Source of the DNA: Blastocatellia bacterium
Lineage (GTDB): Bacteria > Acidobacteriota > Blastocatellia > UBA7656
Reading direction: 5' to 3'
DNA: 64,000 nt
Assembly: GCA_963765495.1 (NCBI GenBank)
Contig: CAVXWP010000009.1
Span: 704,001-768,000, forward strand
Part shown: positions 1-10,016 of the stretch, piece after piece
Layout: each line of letters begins with the position of its first letter
How positions within the stretch are numbered: the stretch's first letter is position 1
Translations under genes and position numbers: made by a program
Notes under the pieces: generated by a model
The model's input: the letters and a program-made list of their open reading frames with translations, nothing else
Told to the model about the DNA's origin: nothing
The model's database searches: none

Positions 1-984
1 GGAGGGGTTTTTATTCTCTTTTAGCTTGCTGCGATCATCATCGGTGAGGCCAGAGGCATCATCATCCGTGTTTTTGATCTTGAGACGACAGTAATCATAT
101 AGTCTTTCGAGTTTCTGATCGGGGGTCGTCGCATCGCCTATGATCTCTGCGGCGGCCTTCCGCACCTCGTCATTTACCTTCATGCTGTCCTTTGCCTTGG
201 AGTACATCTCTTTGCCCAGACTGTTCCAGTACTTGTCAGGCTCGTTGTGACTATCCTCCGTGTAAAAGATCAGTATCCAGGATCGAACCTGATCTTCGGG
301 CGGCATGCGAGGCTCTTCGTGAAAGGCCGGGACATTGGTCATCGTCGCGCTGTAATATCCGCCCTTGTCCTTCTCAAGGCCCGCGTTCCGCCCGTTGAAT
401 GTCAGAGAGCGCATACCGTATGTGTAGCTCTGAAGCGGCTTGATGTAGTATTTGACCATCTGCACGGGAATCTCTCTTTGCAGATAGAAACGCATGTATA
501 TTCCCGTGCGCCGCACCTCGCGCCAGCGATATTCGATAATGCAGCCCGGCTCGACAGATGGCATCACAAACGATTTGACCTTGATCTTAACATCGCCCGC
601 CTTGACGATAGTGCGCTCAAAGATGGCATCCTTCTTAAGCTCGACTATGCTGCCGTCCGGCTTTATCGTGCGACCCGAGATGTCTTTTACCCTGCCCCGA
701 GCAAAAGGAATCTCTACCGTGCTTTGAGACTCTTTGCCGCGCTCGGTAAAGACTTTGATGCGTATGTAATGAGACAACACCGTCTCATAGTTTTCGTCAT
801 TGACCCGCACCTCCCAGAATATGGCTTCGGCGTCGGCATCTTTTTCGACGACCGGCGTTTTCAATGAGAGCGTGGCCGCATCAATCGGCAACCAGTCATC
901 CCCGGCAGCAAGGGCCGGAGAGACCGTAAACGCAGAACCTGCGCATAGCATTAACAAGATCGCAATAAAGCGATAGATATTCAT
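1..984 (-). CDS. DUF3857/transglutaminase-like secreted protein, N-terminal part (runs off window start)
   Basis: Not in ORF track. Manual translation from ATG 984 gives MNIYRFIAILLMLCAGSAF...WLPIDAATLSLKTPVVEKDADAEAIFWEV...YIRIKVFTERGKE...SGRTIKPDGSIVEL...MPSVEPGCIIEYRW...NVPAFHEEPRMPP, open to position 1; signal peptide and DUF3857-type motifs. Confidence 0.75.
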   Translation of the reverse strand, partial: MNIYRFIAILLMLCAGSAFTVSPALAAGDDWLPIDAATLSLKTPVVEKDADAEAIFWEVRVNDENYETVLSHYIRIKVFTERGKESQSTVEIPFARGRVKDISGRTIKPDGSIVELKKDAIFERTIVKAGDVKIKVKSFVMPSVEPGCIIEYRWREVRRTGIYMRFYLQREIPVQMVKYYIKPLQSYTYGMRSLTFNGRNAGLEKDKGGYYSATMTNVPAFHEEPRMPPEDQVRSWILIFYTEDSHNEPDKYWNSLGKEMYSKAKDSMKVNDEVRKAAAEIIGDATTPDQKLERLYDYCRLKIKNTDDDASGLTDDDRSKLKENKNPS

Positions 985-1384
985 GGCAATCACCTTTCTC
1001 CAAACGATTGCGCCAGACAGATAGCCCGGCTTGAAATTTTATTAGATCAAAATACCCACATCTGAGGGATAGGAGCAGTAATCTTACCGGTGTAGTGCTG
1101 GAATGTAAACGATTATTTTCGACTGTAAGGCAAACAGCCAGGCAATAATCAGGGCCATTCCATTCTCAGAAAAAGATTTATTATTTCAGCCCTTGGATAA
1201 TCTGTATGAAAGAAAATTGTTTCCAATTCAGGAGGCAGACTTTGATTCCCAGACCTTTTCAAGCAGTAATTATTACACAACGTCAAGGTTCGCTAAGTTT
1301 CTTTTACAGCCACTTTAATATTTCCGATGTCGCGAGTATTTGAAGTAGGGGTGATAAGCCACGGACGGGCGCAAATCATTGTGA

Positions 1385-1435
1385 ACACGGCAAAGAGCAC
1401 AGATAAAGGGGTTTCATCTGTGCTCTTTGCCGTGT
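1385..1435. repeat. perfect 20-bp inverted repeat downstream of M16 operon (possible terminator or REP-like hairpin)
   Basis: acacggcaaagagcacagat (1385-1404) / atctgtgctctttgccgtgt (1416-1435). Confidence 0.7.
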
Positions 1436-1463
1436 CAGGAATTATCCCCGGGTTGGTTACGAT

Positions 1464-2990
1464 TTATTTCTGAAATACCTGATCTACGGGGATGATCTCG
1501 ACCTGTTTGGGTTCGAGCGGGAGTCTGTATTTCTCGATTATTTTGTCCTCTTCGAGTATATCTTTCGGCATAGAAGCTGTGTAGCTTATGGGCGAAGGCT
1601 TGTTTGAAAGCACCGCTTCCTTAAACTCCGTAGCGTCCTTTGTGACCACTACTATTTTCACATTGTCCGCTTGCAGATATTTTTTTATAGCCCGATTCAC
1701 ATCTTCAAGCTTGAGCTTTGCCAGCCTGTCACGGACATACTCGTTGAAGTCTCCGATCCCATAAAAACGGCTGTCGAGCGCATAGCCGAGTTGCGCGTCC
1801 TGAGTCTTGGTGAGCGAAGAGACGTTCTTTGAGAGAAACTGCCGCGTGGCCTCGAAATTCTCTTTCGACATCCCGTCTTCGACCAGTTTTCTCAACTCGT
1901 AGAGCGCAGCCCTCAGAGCAAACACACCGTTCTTTGGCTCTACGGGGCGTATCCACACTTGAAAGATTTGCTGATGGCGGGCAATGTTCGGGTCGGGCTG
2001 AAACTGAAACATGCCGCGCGGGAAATACTCTATGTAAGCGTAATCGCCGTAGTTGAGCCCGCGAATCTCGCGCAGGCGGTGATAAAGATAGCTGTTGCTC
2101 GAACGGTGCTGCCCGAAATAGGATTGGACCACGAGCAGCGCGGGCCAGTCCTTATCGGCGCGAGTCACAGGTATGGGGAACCCGAACGAGATGGCCGTAC
2201 CGGGCGTGTCCTTCTCGATGATCTCCATCTCAAGCCCGTGGATCGCCTCCGGCGCGGGCAGGTCGAGTTTCGCAGGCTTTCCTGTCGGGAGTTTTGCCGC
2301 GAAGTCCGATTCGACTTTTGCCAGGAAATCCTTAGGATATCCGCCCGCAAGCCCTATGACCAGATTCGCCTCGTTGTAGTTGTCCTCATAGAATTCCTTC
2401 AGATCCGCGATGGTCAGTTTTTCAAGCGCTTCGACCGTGCCTACGCTGTAGTGTCCGTAAGGATGGCCTTCATAGATGAAGTTGTAGAGCGCCTCTTTGC
2501 CCAGTTCTTCGTCGTTGTTGCCGCGAAGATTGATCTTCAAAGAGTTGATCGCATCTTCTTTGATGCGCTTGAAATCGTCCTCGCGCCAGCCGGGGCTGAG
2601 CAGCATGTCAGAGATTATAGAGTAGTACTTTTGCAGGTTATCAATATGCGTGGTGCCGTAAAAGACGGTCATTTCATTATCAACCTGCGAGTTGAAAGAC
2701 GTGGCCATAGGGTACATGGCCGCGACTATTTGCTCATAGGTCATGGTCTTGCTTCCGCCTCCCGAAATCATTGCGGCAGTCAGAGCAGCTACGCCTTCTT
2801 TACCTTTCGGGTCATAGGCCGAGCCCGTGTTGAAGAGTATGCGAAAGCTGACCAGAGGCGACGAATTTGGTAAGAGCACAGTTGCCAATTTTGGCGAACC
2901 CTTTCCGGCCTGCGCCGACGCAAGCCCAGGCGCTGCGAGCGCCAGAACTAAAATCAGAACTAAAGAAAGATTGATCCATCTAAGTGACAT
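1464..2990 (-). CDS. M16B (insulinase family) peptidase, non-catalytic partner subunit
   Basis: Signal peptide; GSAYDPKGKEGVA; lacks HxxEH; C-terminal LREIRGLNYG motif; adjacent to catalytic subunit. Confidence 0.85.
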   Translation of the reverse strand: MSLRWINLSLVLILVLALAAPGLASAQAGKGSPKLATVLLPNSSPLVSFRILFNTGSAYDPKGKEGVAALTAAMISGGGSKTMTYEQIVAAMYPMATSFNSQVDNEMTVFYGTTHIDNLQKYYSIISDMLLSPGWREDDFKRIKEDAINSLKINLRGNNDEELGKEALYNFIYEGHPYGHYSVGTVEALEKLTIADLKEFYEDNYNEANLVIGLAGGYPKDFLAKVESDFAAKLPTGKPAKLDLPAPEAIHGLEMEIIEKDTPGTAISFGFPIPVTRADKDWPALLVVQSYFGQHRSSNSYLYHRLREIRGLNYGDYAYIEYFPRGMFQFQPDPNIARHQQIFQVWIRPVEPKNGVFALRAALYELRKLVEDGMSKENFEATRQFLSKNVSSLTKTQDAQLGYALDSRFYGIGDFNEYVRDRLAKLKLEDVNRAIKKYLQADNVKIVVVTKDATEFKEAVLSNKPSPISYTASMPKDILEEDKIIEKYRLPLEPKQVEIIPVDQVFQK

Positions 2991-2991
2991 A

Positions 2992-4329
2992 TTACTGCTT
3001 CTCCTCGTGCGCCAGGGTCACAACCGTCCGGTGCTTGTCTACGAAATACTTCTTTGCCATACCCTGAATATCTTCGGGAGTGATCGAAGCGTAGACGGTG
3101 TAAAGCTTGTTTATGGTCTCGGGCGTGCGACGCAGCGCGATATAAGGAGCAAGCCCACTTGCTATCGCCTCGGAGTTATCGAGGCTCAGGGCAAACTCGT
3201 ATTTCAGATGCGACTTGACTGCTTCGAGCTTCTCTTTTGCTACCTTATTGGTCTTGAACCAGTCGAAGGTTTTTATGATCTCGCCTCTGACGTAATCCAT
3301 GTCTTTCGGGTCTTTGACGCGAGCCATGACCGTCAGCAGATACGGGTCCATTCGATCATCGAAGGAAGCAAACAGCGAGTCTACTTTTTGCTCTTTTATG
3401 ACGAGCTTCTGATATAGATCGGAGGTCTCAGAAAAGCCGAGGTTGCTGATAAGGTCCATCGAAGGCATATCTTTCTGCTCGTCGGAGTAGGCCGGGCCTT
3501 TATAGCCAACCGCCAGCCACGGCAGCGTCTTTGTAGGCCAGTCGACATTGGCCGTCAACTCTTTGGTCTGCTCGGGCTCGTCTGGGATTTCAGGCGCGTA
3601 ATTGCCCCGCTTCCAGTCGCCCCAGTATTTTTTGACATCCTGCAAGACCTGGTCGTGGCTCACATCGCCCGCCACGATTATGGTCGTGTATTCCGGGCGA
3701 TAGTACCGCTTGAAGAATTCCTTGCTGTAGTCATACTCATTTGGCATGTCCTCGATGTCTTGAATAAAGCCCATCGTAGTGTGTTTATAAGTATGTTTCT
3801 GGAAGGCTGTATCGCGCAGGACTTCATACAGTTTGCGGACCGGGCTTGAGGCGTTCTTATTGTATTCGCCAAGCACGGCCCTGGTTTCGGTCTTGAAAAG
3901 ATCCTCCGGCACCTTGAGGTTTTGAAAGCGGTCGGCTTCGACCATCAATATCTCGTCGAGGTCTTCTTTGGAAAATACGGCGTGATAGACGGTGCGGTCA
4001 TCGGTCGTGTAGGCGTTGCGGTCCGCACCTGCCGCCTTGAATATCTCGTCGTATTTTTCTGCCGGGTACTTTTCAGTCCCGCGAAACATCAGATGCTCGA
4101 ACAGGTGGGCGAAGCCTGATTTGCCCGACTCGATCTCATTTCGCGATCCTGTGTTGACGACTACATAAAGCGCGACGATGTTCGGATAATCCGTAGGCAC
4201 GGTTATCACTCTTAGCCCGTTGGGCAAATCGTCCGTAGAATACTTGTACGGGAAAATCTTGTCTGCTCCAAATGTTGTCAAAGGCATAATCATCCCTAAG
4301 AATAGAAATAGGCTGACCAGTTTTTTCAT
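2992..4329 (-). CDS. M16B zinc protease, catalytic subunit
   Basis: LPNGLRV, GSRNE..GKSGFAHLFEHLMFRGT (HxxEH), NAYTTDDRTVY; start moved to ATG 4329 (RBS gagggg). Confidence 0.9.
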   Translation of the reverse strand: MKKLVSLFLFLGMIMPLTTFGADKIFPYKYSTDDLPNGLRVITVPTDYPNIVALYVVVNTGSRNEIESGKSGFAHLFEHLMFRGTEKYPAEKYDEIFKAAGADRNAYTTDDRTVYHAVFSKEDLDEILMVEADRFQNLKVPEDLFKTETRAVLGEYNKNASSPVRKLYEVLRDTAFQKHTYKHTTMGFIQDIEDMPNEYDYSKEFFKRYYRPEYTTIIVAGDVSHDQVLQDVKKYWGDWKRGNYAPEIPDEPEQTKELTANVDWPTKTLPWLAVGYKGPAYSDEQKDMPSMDLISNLGFSETSDLYQKLVIKEQKVDSLFASFDDRMDPYLLTVMARVKDPKDMDYVRGEIIKTFDWFKTNKVAKEKLEAVKSHLKYEFALSLDNSEAIASGLAPYIALRRTPETINKLYTVYASITPEDIQGMAKKYFVDKHRTVVTLAHEEKQ

Positions 4330-4405
4330 GACGTAACCCCTCATTTATTGATATTAAATTATTAACGATGAAAAGCGAGTTCGCAAGCGACAGGCTATAC
4401 ATAGT

Positions 4406-5536
4406 TCATTTTTCAGGGGGAATCAGGGAAAAAGCGGGATTGTTCCTGCGCCGCCACACAAATCCGTCCAGCACGTAATGCGTCACCTGCGGCAACGCAA
4501 GCAACGGCACGATCAAAAACTTGAAGGCGGCCACATCCCAGGGTCCGCCGAAAAACCAGCCGCGCTCCTGCCACACCCCACGATCCCAGAACATCTCTTC
4601 GACATAGGCCAGCGCCCACAGAATGAACAGGAAAGCGGCAGGCCCGTGTGCGAACAGACGATAAGCGCCGCGCCCGTTAGCTTGCCTGAGCCTCGCTCGC
4701 GAATACCAGTAGATCAGCGCAAGGTACGGTACTCCGTGAATGATGACGTTTGTCACCGTAAAAGCGTAATCGGAATTGAAAGCGACTATGCCGACATACC
4801 AGCAAACCGCAGTCGTCGCGACGACTATATCTTTGCCGGGGTTTGATCGTTTTTTCACAAACCGACGATAAAGAGAATTGAGCGCGTACAACCCGAGCGC
4901 CGTCCAGTAAATCGGCTCGGCGATTCGCTCGATCATCGCGGGGATAGAGGTGAAGTCCTTAGCAAGAAACCACCAGAACCGACGAGGCAGATTGGTGTGC
5001 CAGTAAATCAGAGGGTATCCGGTCGCGGCATAAATAGCCGCCGTATCTATCCACCAGCCTGCGCGGTCGCGCTCGCCTGCGCGCGCGCGATAAAGCGCCA
5101 CCCAGCCGTATTGCTGTCTGACGAAATGAAAGACCGCGACATAGGCCAGCGCACGCCAGAAGACAAGCTCGCCTTCGGAATAAAGCGCCACCCCTATTGC
5201 AAAACCGATAGCAGGTACGAGCGTGTAGAGCCACGGTCTTCGCCTCACCTCTCCGACATCGAAATAGACTCTGAACCCCGTAGCGTAAACGTGAGCCACA
5301 TCTATCAACAGGACGGCGGGAATCCAAGCCCAGTCGGGCGTGTCATCGTAAAGCACACCGGCCTGAGCGCCTACCCATAGAAGCGCGAGGGAAACAACCG
5401 CGCTGCCAAGAAAGACAGATAGGTCAACAGGGGCTGAAAAGAGCCAGACCGGGCGAGGGCCGGAGCTTTGCCGGGGGCTGGTCCTGGAATCAATGACCGG
5501 CAATTGCTGTTCAGATATTTGCGCGCTGGCTGCCAT
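4406..5536 (-). CDS. multi-pass membrane protein of unknown function with His motifs
   Basis: Hydrophobic segments with DVAHVY, FHFVRQQYG, IHGVPY, THYVLDG motifs; last gene of speE operon; start at ATG 5536. Confidence 0.7.
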   Translation of the reverse strand: MAASAQISEQQLPVIDSRTSPRQSSGPRPVWLFSAPVDLSVFLGSAVVSLALLWVGAQAGVLYDDTPDWAWIPAVLLIDVAHVYATGFRVYFDVGEVRRRPWLYTLVPAIGFAIGVALYSEGELVFWRALAYVAVFHFVRQQYGWVALYRARAGERDRAGWWIDTAAIYAATGYPLIYWHTNLPRRFWWFLAKDFTSIPAMIERIAEPIYWTALGLYALNSLYRRFVKKRSNPGKDIVVATTAVCWYVGIVAFNSDYAFTVTNVIIHGVPYLALIYWYSRARLRQANGRGAYRLFAHGPAAFLFILWALAYVEEMFWDRGVWQERGWFFGGPWDVAAFKFLIVPLLALPQVTHYVLDGFVWRRRNNPAFSLIPPEK

Positions 5537-5540
5537 ATTC

Positions 5541-7199
5541 TTATCCCATCCGGCCCCCGGCCCCCGGCCCCCGGCCCCCAGTCGCAAGCACTTCATCAGC
5601 GGCCCTCATACCGTGATAAAAGGCTTCTTCGAAAAGCGCGACGCCGCTCAGGTCCGTGTTGGCAAAATGAATGCCTCGATATGGACGCGCAGCAGCCAGA
5701 CGCGCACCGCCCCAGATAAAACCGGGGCGCGGACGTATCATGGCGTGGCCCCATCTCATCACATCCAGACGTTCGACAAGCGAGCGTATACGGCTGTGTG
5801 CGCGAGTAAGGTCCGTGAGCGCCACATCGGCCCAGTCACGCTGGTCGGCGGCAAGCAATTTCTCTCGCGCATCTCGCGGGTTCTCGTCCGAAAGCGGATA
5901 GTAATAGGTAAAGACGGTCGGGCCTCGATCAAGCCCGCGCTGGTGAGTCGCGACTACGTATCCGAGAGACTCGCTATCATAAAGCACGTTGTCCCACGCT
6001 AGCGGAAAACCCCGGCTTTCGGGTCTGTCCTTCAGAAATAAATTTGCTACCATCCACGCGCCGTATTCGAACTCTGCCACTTCGGCGGGCGGGTTGTCGC
6101 GATAAGGGCGGATAAGATAGCGAGTCAAAAAATGAGGCGCGGCAAAGATCACTCGATCCGCATGAAAACCCCTGGCCTGTTGCCCCTCGTGATCGACGGC
6201 AATCACATCCACTCCGCTTCGACCGCTTGACTCGACGGGGATAATTTCCGATGCTGCCCATCCCAGTTGCACCTTTGATTTGACCTTGCCGTAGAGGTGC
6301 GCGATCAATCGCCCGTTGCCTTCGGGCCACGTCATAAGGGGGCGCGCTTCCTGGCCGGGCTTTGGCACACGCGAGGCAAAATAGAAAAGCCCCGCCCACG
6401 CGCTTGTCTGCTCAACAGTCATCCCGTAATCGTCGCGGCAACTGTAATTCACAAGCCAGCGCAATCGCTCGGAGGTCAACCCTTTCTGGCGGAGCCATTC
6501 GGCCATCGTCATCTTATCGAGCGCCGTCACCTCCGCATCGTCGGACCCCGTGGAAATCGGTATCGTAAAGGCGCGGCGGCCCTTCGCGTCACGCCACCCA
6601 ACCCACCGGTCAACCTCCTTTTGAAACGCTTCGAGATGGGCCAGGTCCTCGGGGCTTGCGCCCGCGTGCAGGTAGAGACCTTCATACCAGTATCCCCGAT
6701 AAAAGGTGCGCTCTTCGGGGTCGCGGCAGAGGAACTGTTCGGCAACAACCGGTTCGCCCTCTTTGTCCTGCCCTTCGAGCATGTCCATCTCGTCAAGCAA
6801 AGAGATGAGCGCGGCATTCTCTTTGAGCGGCGCGGGCAGGTAATGCGCTCCCCACGGATATGATATTAGCGGCGAAGAACCGCTGCGCGCCGTTCCGCCC
6901 GGCGCAGGCTCAAGTTCGATCAAGGCAAAATCATCGAGACCTGACTTCATCAAATGCCACGCGGCGGTGAGCCCCGCAACCCCGCCGCCGACTATCACTA
7001 CCTTTACGCGCTCCCACCTGTCGTCGGGCGGAGTGATGCTCAAACCATCGCGCAAGAGATGGCCTATGCGATTTGATGCCCCGATGATTTCGCCCGCAGG
7101 CAAGGGCACGGGCTCAGGCGACCGGCAGGCAGAAAGGGCAAGCGGCAAGCCGAGAAAGGCAGCAAGCACTTCGCGTCTTGTGAAATTGCTTCCGGTCAT
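5541..7199 (-). CDS. FAD-dependent oxidoreductase (amine oxidase/protoporphyrinogen oxidase-like), predicted Tat lipoprotein
   Basis: MTGSNFTRREVL...LALSAC twin-arginine plus lipobox; VIVGGGVAG dinucleotide motif; WGAHY; RWGHAM. Confidence 0.8.
   Translation of the reverse strand: MTGSNFTRREVLAAFLGLPLALSACRSPEPVPLPAGEIIGASNRIGHLLRDGLSITPPDDRWERVKVVIVGGGVAGLTAAWHLMKSGLDDFALIELEPAPGGTARSGSSPLISYPWGAHYLPAPLKENAALISLLDEMDMLEGQDKEGEPVVAEQFLCRDPEERTFYRGYWYEGLYLHAGASPEDLAHLEAFQKEVDRWVGWRDAKGRRAFTIPISTGSDDAEVTALDKMTMAEWLRQKGLTSERLRWLVNYSCRDDYGMTVEQTSAWAGLFYFASRVPKPGQEARPLMTWPEGNGRLIAHLYGKVKSKVQLGWAASEIIPVESSGRSGVDVIAVDHEGQQARGFHADRVIFAAPHFLTRYLIRPYRDNPPAEVAEFEYGAWMVANLFLKDRPESRGFPLAWDNVLYDSESLGYVVATHQRGLDRGPTVFTYYYPLSDENPRDAREKLLAADQRDWADVALTDLTRAHSRIRSLVERLDVMRWGHAMIRPRPGFIWGGARLAAARPYRGIHFANTDLSGVALFEEAFYHGMRAADEVLATGGRGPGAGGRMG
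5551..5579. repeat. (CGGCCCC)4 heptamer array inside the last codons of the oxidoreductase
   Basis: Direct reading; encodes the GGRGPGAGG tail. Confidence 0.8.
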
Positions 7200-7241
7200 A
7201 TGATGAGAATGGACAAACAACGAGCTATTGATGAACACCAA

Positions 7242-7844
7242 TCAGTCGATCCGCTTTTTGCCGGTGATAATCACGACTTCCGATCCCCCGAATGCAGTCT
7301 TGGAAACCGTTATCCCAAGGAACGCGAACCCCGTTCTACCGGCTTCGTTTATCTCCTTTTGCATAGTCGAAGTCCTCTTGGTCGCAAGCAGCTTGTACTC
7401 GTGGTGGACGGGTTTGGAGTTTCTGTCGCGCTCCATAATTATGACTACTTCGTTGCCGCCAAAGGTGGTGCGAAACACCGACTGCCCCTTGTAATAAAAA
7501 CCCTCGTCGGCAGCCTCTTTCATCTCCTTCTGCATGGTCGATGTCCTGTTTGTAGCAAGCAATTTGTACTGAAAAAGCGATTTGCTCTCTGCCTCCATCT
7601 TCGCCATTATGACGACAGCTTCATCACCTCCAAAAGAGGTTTCGCCTCCCATTACTCCTTCAAAACGAAACCCCTCTTCGGCGGCCTGATTCATCTCTTT
7701 TTCCATTGTCGAAGTTCTATTGGTGGCCAGCAAACGATACTCGAACTGTTCGTCGTCAGACTCTCTAAACACGTTCGCAAAACTTATCTGCCCGAAGCCC
7801 GTAACCGCGAGCAGTATCGAAATCACGCAAATACGTAAGATCAT
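7242..7844 (-). CDS. secreted protein with three tandem ~55-aa repeats
   Basis: Signal peptide; Y(R/K)LLAT(N/K)RTSTM(E/Q)KE...GF...T(S/T/A)FGGxE repeated three times; RBS ggagg before ATG 7844. Confidence 0.75.
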   Translation of the reverse strand: MILRICVISILLAVTGFGQISFANVFRESDDEQFEYRLLATNRTSTMEKEMNQAAEEGFRFEGVMGGETSFGGDEAVVIMAKMEAESKSLFQYKLLATNRTSTMQKEMKEAADEGFYYKGQSVFRTTFGGNEVVIIMERDRNSKPVHHEYKLLATKRTSTMQKEINEAGRTGFAFLGITVSKTAFGGSEVVIITGKKRID

Positions 7845-7861
7845 AACTCCTCCCTCTTCGA

Positions 7862-9364
7862 TCATTCGTATCTTTTCCACTCCGATTCGTAATAACGAAC
7901 GAGCGCCTGATTGTCGAGGCGGTTTATTTCCACTGGCACGGGACTGAGGTCTGAGGGCAGGACGAACATCGCTTCCATTGCGCGGTCATCCAGGAAACGC
8001 AGCCCTTCGGGAGCGCGTGCGGGAGCATCGAACGGCGCGAGTCGCGCAAGAGCGAATCCCCACACGCCAAATGAGGGAACCGCCGTCTGGTAAGGCTTCA
8101 CCGCAAAGCCCGCCGCCTCGATGGTTTTCACTATACACCAGTAAGATGAGCGCGCAAACAGAGGCGATGTGCATTGCACGCTGATCGCCGAATCGGGCGC
8201 GAGTCGCGCCTTCAAGAGATGATAGAACCTCGTGGTGTAGAGCTTTCCGAGAGCAAAAGTGTTTGGATCGGGGAAATCCACTATGGCTACATCGAAGATT
8301 TCGCCCGGTTTCTCAAGCCAGATCATCGCGTCTTCATTGATCACTCTGACTCGCGGATCAGAGAAAGAATGTTTATTCAACTCGGCGAGCGGCGGAAAGA
8401 CCTCAGACAGTTTCGTCATCGCCGGATCAAGGTCCACAAGCGTTACGGATTCCACGCTCGGGTAACGCAAAATCTCTCTGAGCGCGAGGCCGTCGCCTCC
8501 GCCAAGCACAAGCACGCGGCGAGGCGTGCCCACCATCATCATCGGCGGATGCACAAGGGCTTCGTGATAGCGGTATTCATCCGTGGAACTGAATTGCAGA
8601 TGGCCGTTTAAGAATAGCTGAAAGCCCGCCCGGCCGCGCGTCACGACTATTCGCTGGTAAGGCGTGTTGCGCGAATAGATGATGTCATCGGCAAACAACT
8701 CGTCTTCGGCAAGCGATGTGAGGGTATCAGCCTTGATCACACCGATCAGCAGGATTGCCATCACTATAACAGCGCGGCCTCTCAGCCCCGAGACTTCACC
8801 CTTGATCAAGGGCCGCATCAGCCACGTGCCCCACAGGCCCACTCCCGCGTTCAGCATCCCGAATACGAGCGATGTGCGAACGAGTCCGAGTTTCGGCACC
8901 AGAAAGAGCGGAAACAGAAGCGAAGCCACGAGCGCGCCCATGTAATCAAAGGCGAGGACTCTCGAAATTATCTCTTTGAAATCGAGATTGTCTTTCAGTA
9001 TCCGCATCAATAGAGGGATCTCAAGACCCACAAGCGCGCCTATCATGAAGACCACGACATAGAGGACTATGTGAAAATAATTGAGCCGGGCAAAGCTCAA
9101 AAAAAGCAGGGGAGCCGACAGCCCGCCAAGCAACGCTACGCCGATTTCCACATCAACGAACTTGCGCGCAAGCCCGGTGTCTATAAAGCGCGAAAGCCAC
9201 GAACCCGCGCCCATAGCCGAAAGATATATCCCGATTATCAGTGAAAACTGCGTTACGGAATCACCGAGCACATAGCTGGCCAGGGTGCCTGCGAGCAACT
9301 CGTAAACCAGCCCGCACGTGGCTATGATCAGCACGTTCAGAAACAGTATGGGCGTGCGATTCAT
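7862..9364 (-). CDS. speE: polyamine aminopropyltransferase (spermidine synthase) with N-terminal multi-TM domain
   Basis: About 7 TM helices, then [35 protein letters not shown]. Confidence 0.9.
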   Translation of the reverse strand: MNRTPILFLNVLIIATCGLVYELLAGTLASYVLGDSVTQFSLIIGIYLSAMGAGSWLSRFIDTGLARKFVDVEIGVALLGGLSAPLLFLSFARLNYFHIVLYVVVFMIGALVGLEIPLLMRILKDNLDFKEIISRVLAFDYMGALVASLLFPLFLVPKLGLVRTSLVFGMLNAGVGLWGTWLMRPLIKGEVSGLRGRAVIVMAILLIGVIKADTLTSLAEDELFADDIIYSRNTPYQRIVVTRGRAGFQLFLNGHLQFSSTDEYRYHEALVHPPMMMVGTPRRVLVLGGGDGLALREILRYPSVESVTLVDLDPAMTKLSEVFPPLAELNKHSFSDPRVRVINEDAMIWLEKPGEIFDVAIVDFPDPNTFALGKLYTTRFYHLLKARLAPDSAISVQCTSPLFARSSYWCIVKTIEAAGFAVKPYQTAVPSFGVWGFALARLAPFDAPARAPEGLRFLDDRAMEAMFVLPSDLSPVPVEINRLDNQALVRYYESEWKRYE

Positions 9365-9367
9365 TTA

Positions 9368-9697
9368 CTACCCGTGGACGGCAGCCGATACTATAAGCGC
9401 GATGCCTAAGATCACCGAAGCTATAACGATGGCAAGCGCGGTGTTTTGATCATCTTCGATCTCCTTGCGAATCGAAAAAGGCGAGGTCTTGACGATGATC
9501 CAGAAGGCGAGCGCAAATAGCAGAAGCCCGATAAGTGAAAAGGCCAGCGTTGATACGATCAACTCGGGTAGCTGATCAACGGGTATCAGCAGGCCAAAGG
9601 GTTTGAGCTCAAAGAATTTGAGACCAAAGAATTTGAGACCAAAGAGTTTGGCCGGCGCAATCGAACCCGCCTGATGAATAAGATAATCTGTTGGCAT
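9368..9697 (-). CDS. DUF350 domain membrane protein
   Basis: PFSIRKEIEDDQNTALAIVIASVILGIALIV motif; N-terminal (F/L)FGLK repeats; start uncertain. Confidence 0.85.
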   Translation of the reverse strand: MPTDYLIHQAGSIAPAKLFGLKFFGLKFFELKPFGLLIPVDQLPELIVSTLAFSLIGLLLFALAFWIIVKTSPFSIRKEIEDDQNTALAIVIASVILGIALIVSAAVHG

Positions 9698-9880
9698 TTA
9701 TTTTCCTCCTCGATAGCCTGAATGCCAGAAGTGGAACGAGCGATACCCGCCCGGCGATTGGCGCACATCGGCAGGCAGCACTTCGCGTTGAGGGTCGCCA
9801 AACTCCTTGCCGGTGAGCGCAACATAGCCGTAGAGCGCGATTATCAGAATTCCAAAAACCAGATAGAGCTTTGTTAACAC
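9698..9880 (-). CDS. small single-TM protein ending GYRGGK
   Basis: RBS ggag; TM helix; VRQSPGGYRS...GGK tail typical of small proteins between DUF4178 and DUF350 genes. Confidence 0.75.
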   Translation of the reverse strand: MLTKLYLVFGILIIALYGYVALTGKEFGDPQREVLPADVRQSPGGYRSFHFWHSGYRGGK

Positions 9881-9909
9881 TTCTATTCTCCTTTAAGAGT
9901 TCCGCAATA

Positions 9910-9976
9910 GCCACAGAGGCACCGCAGAGACAGGGAAAAGATTATAAAAACCTCTGTGCCTCTGCGCCTCTGTGGC
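9910..9976. repeat. inverted nonamer-type array element
   Basis: gccacagaggcaccgcagagacaggg ... cctctgtgcctctgcgcctctgtggc. Confidence 0.75.
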
Positions 9977-10016
9977 AGATTTATTCCCTCTCTGAACAGA
10001 TCTAACCATATAGTTT

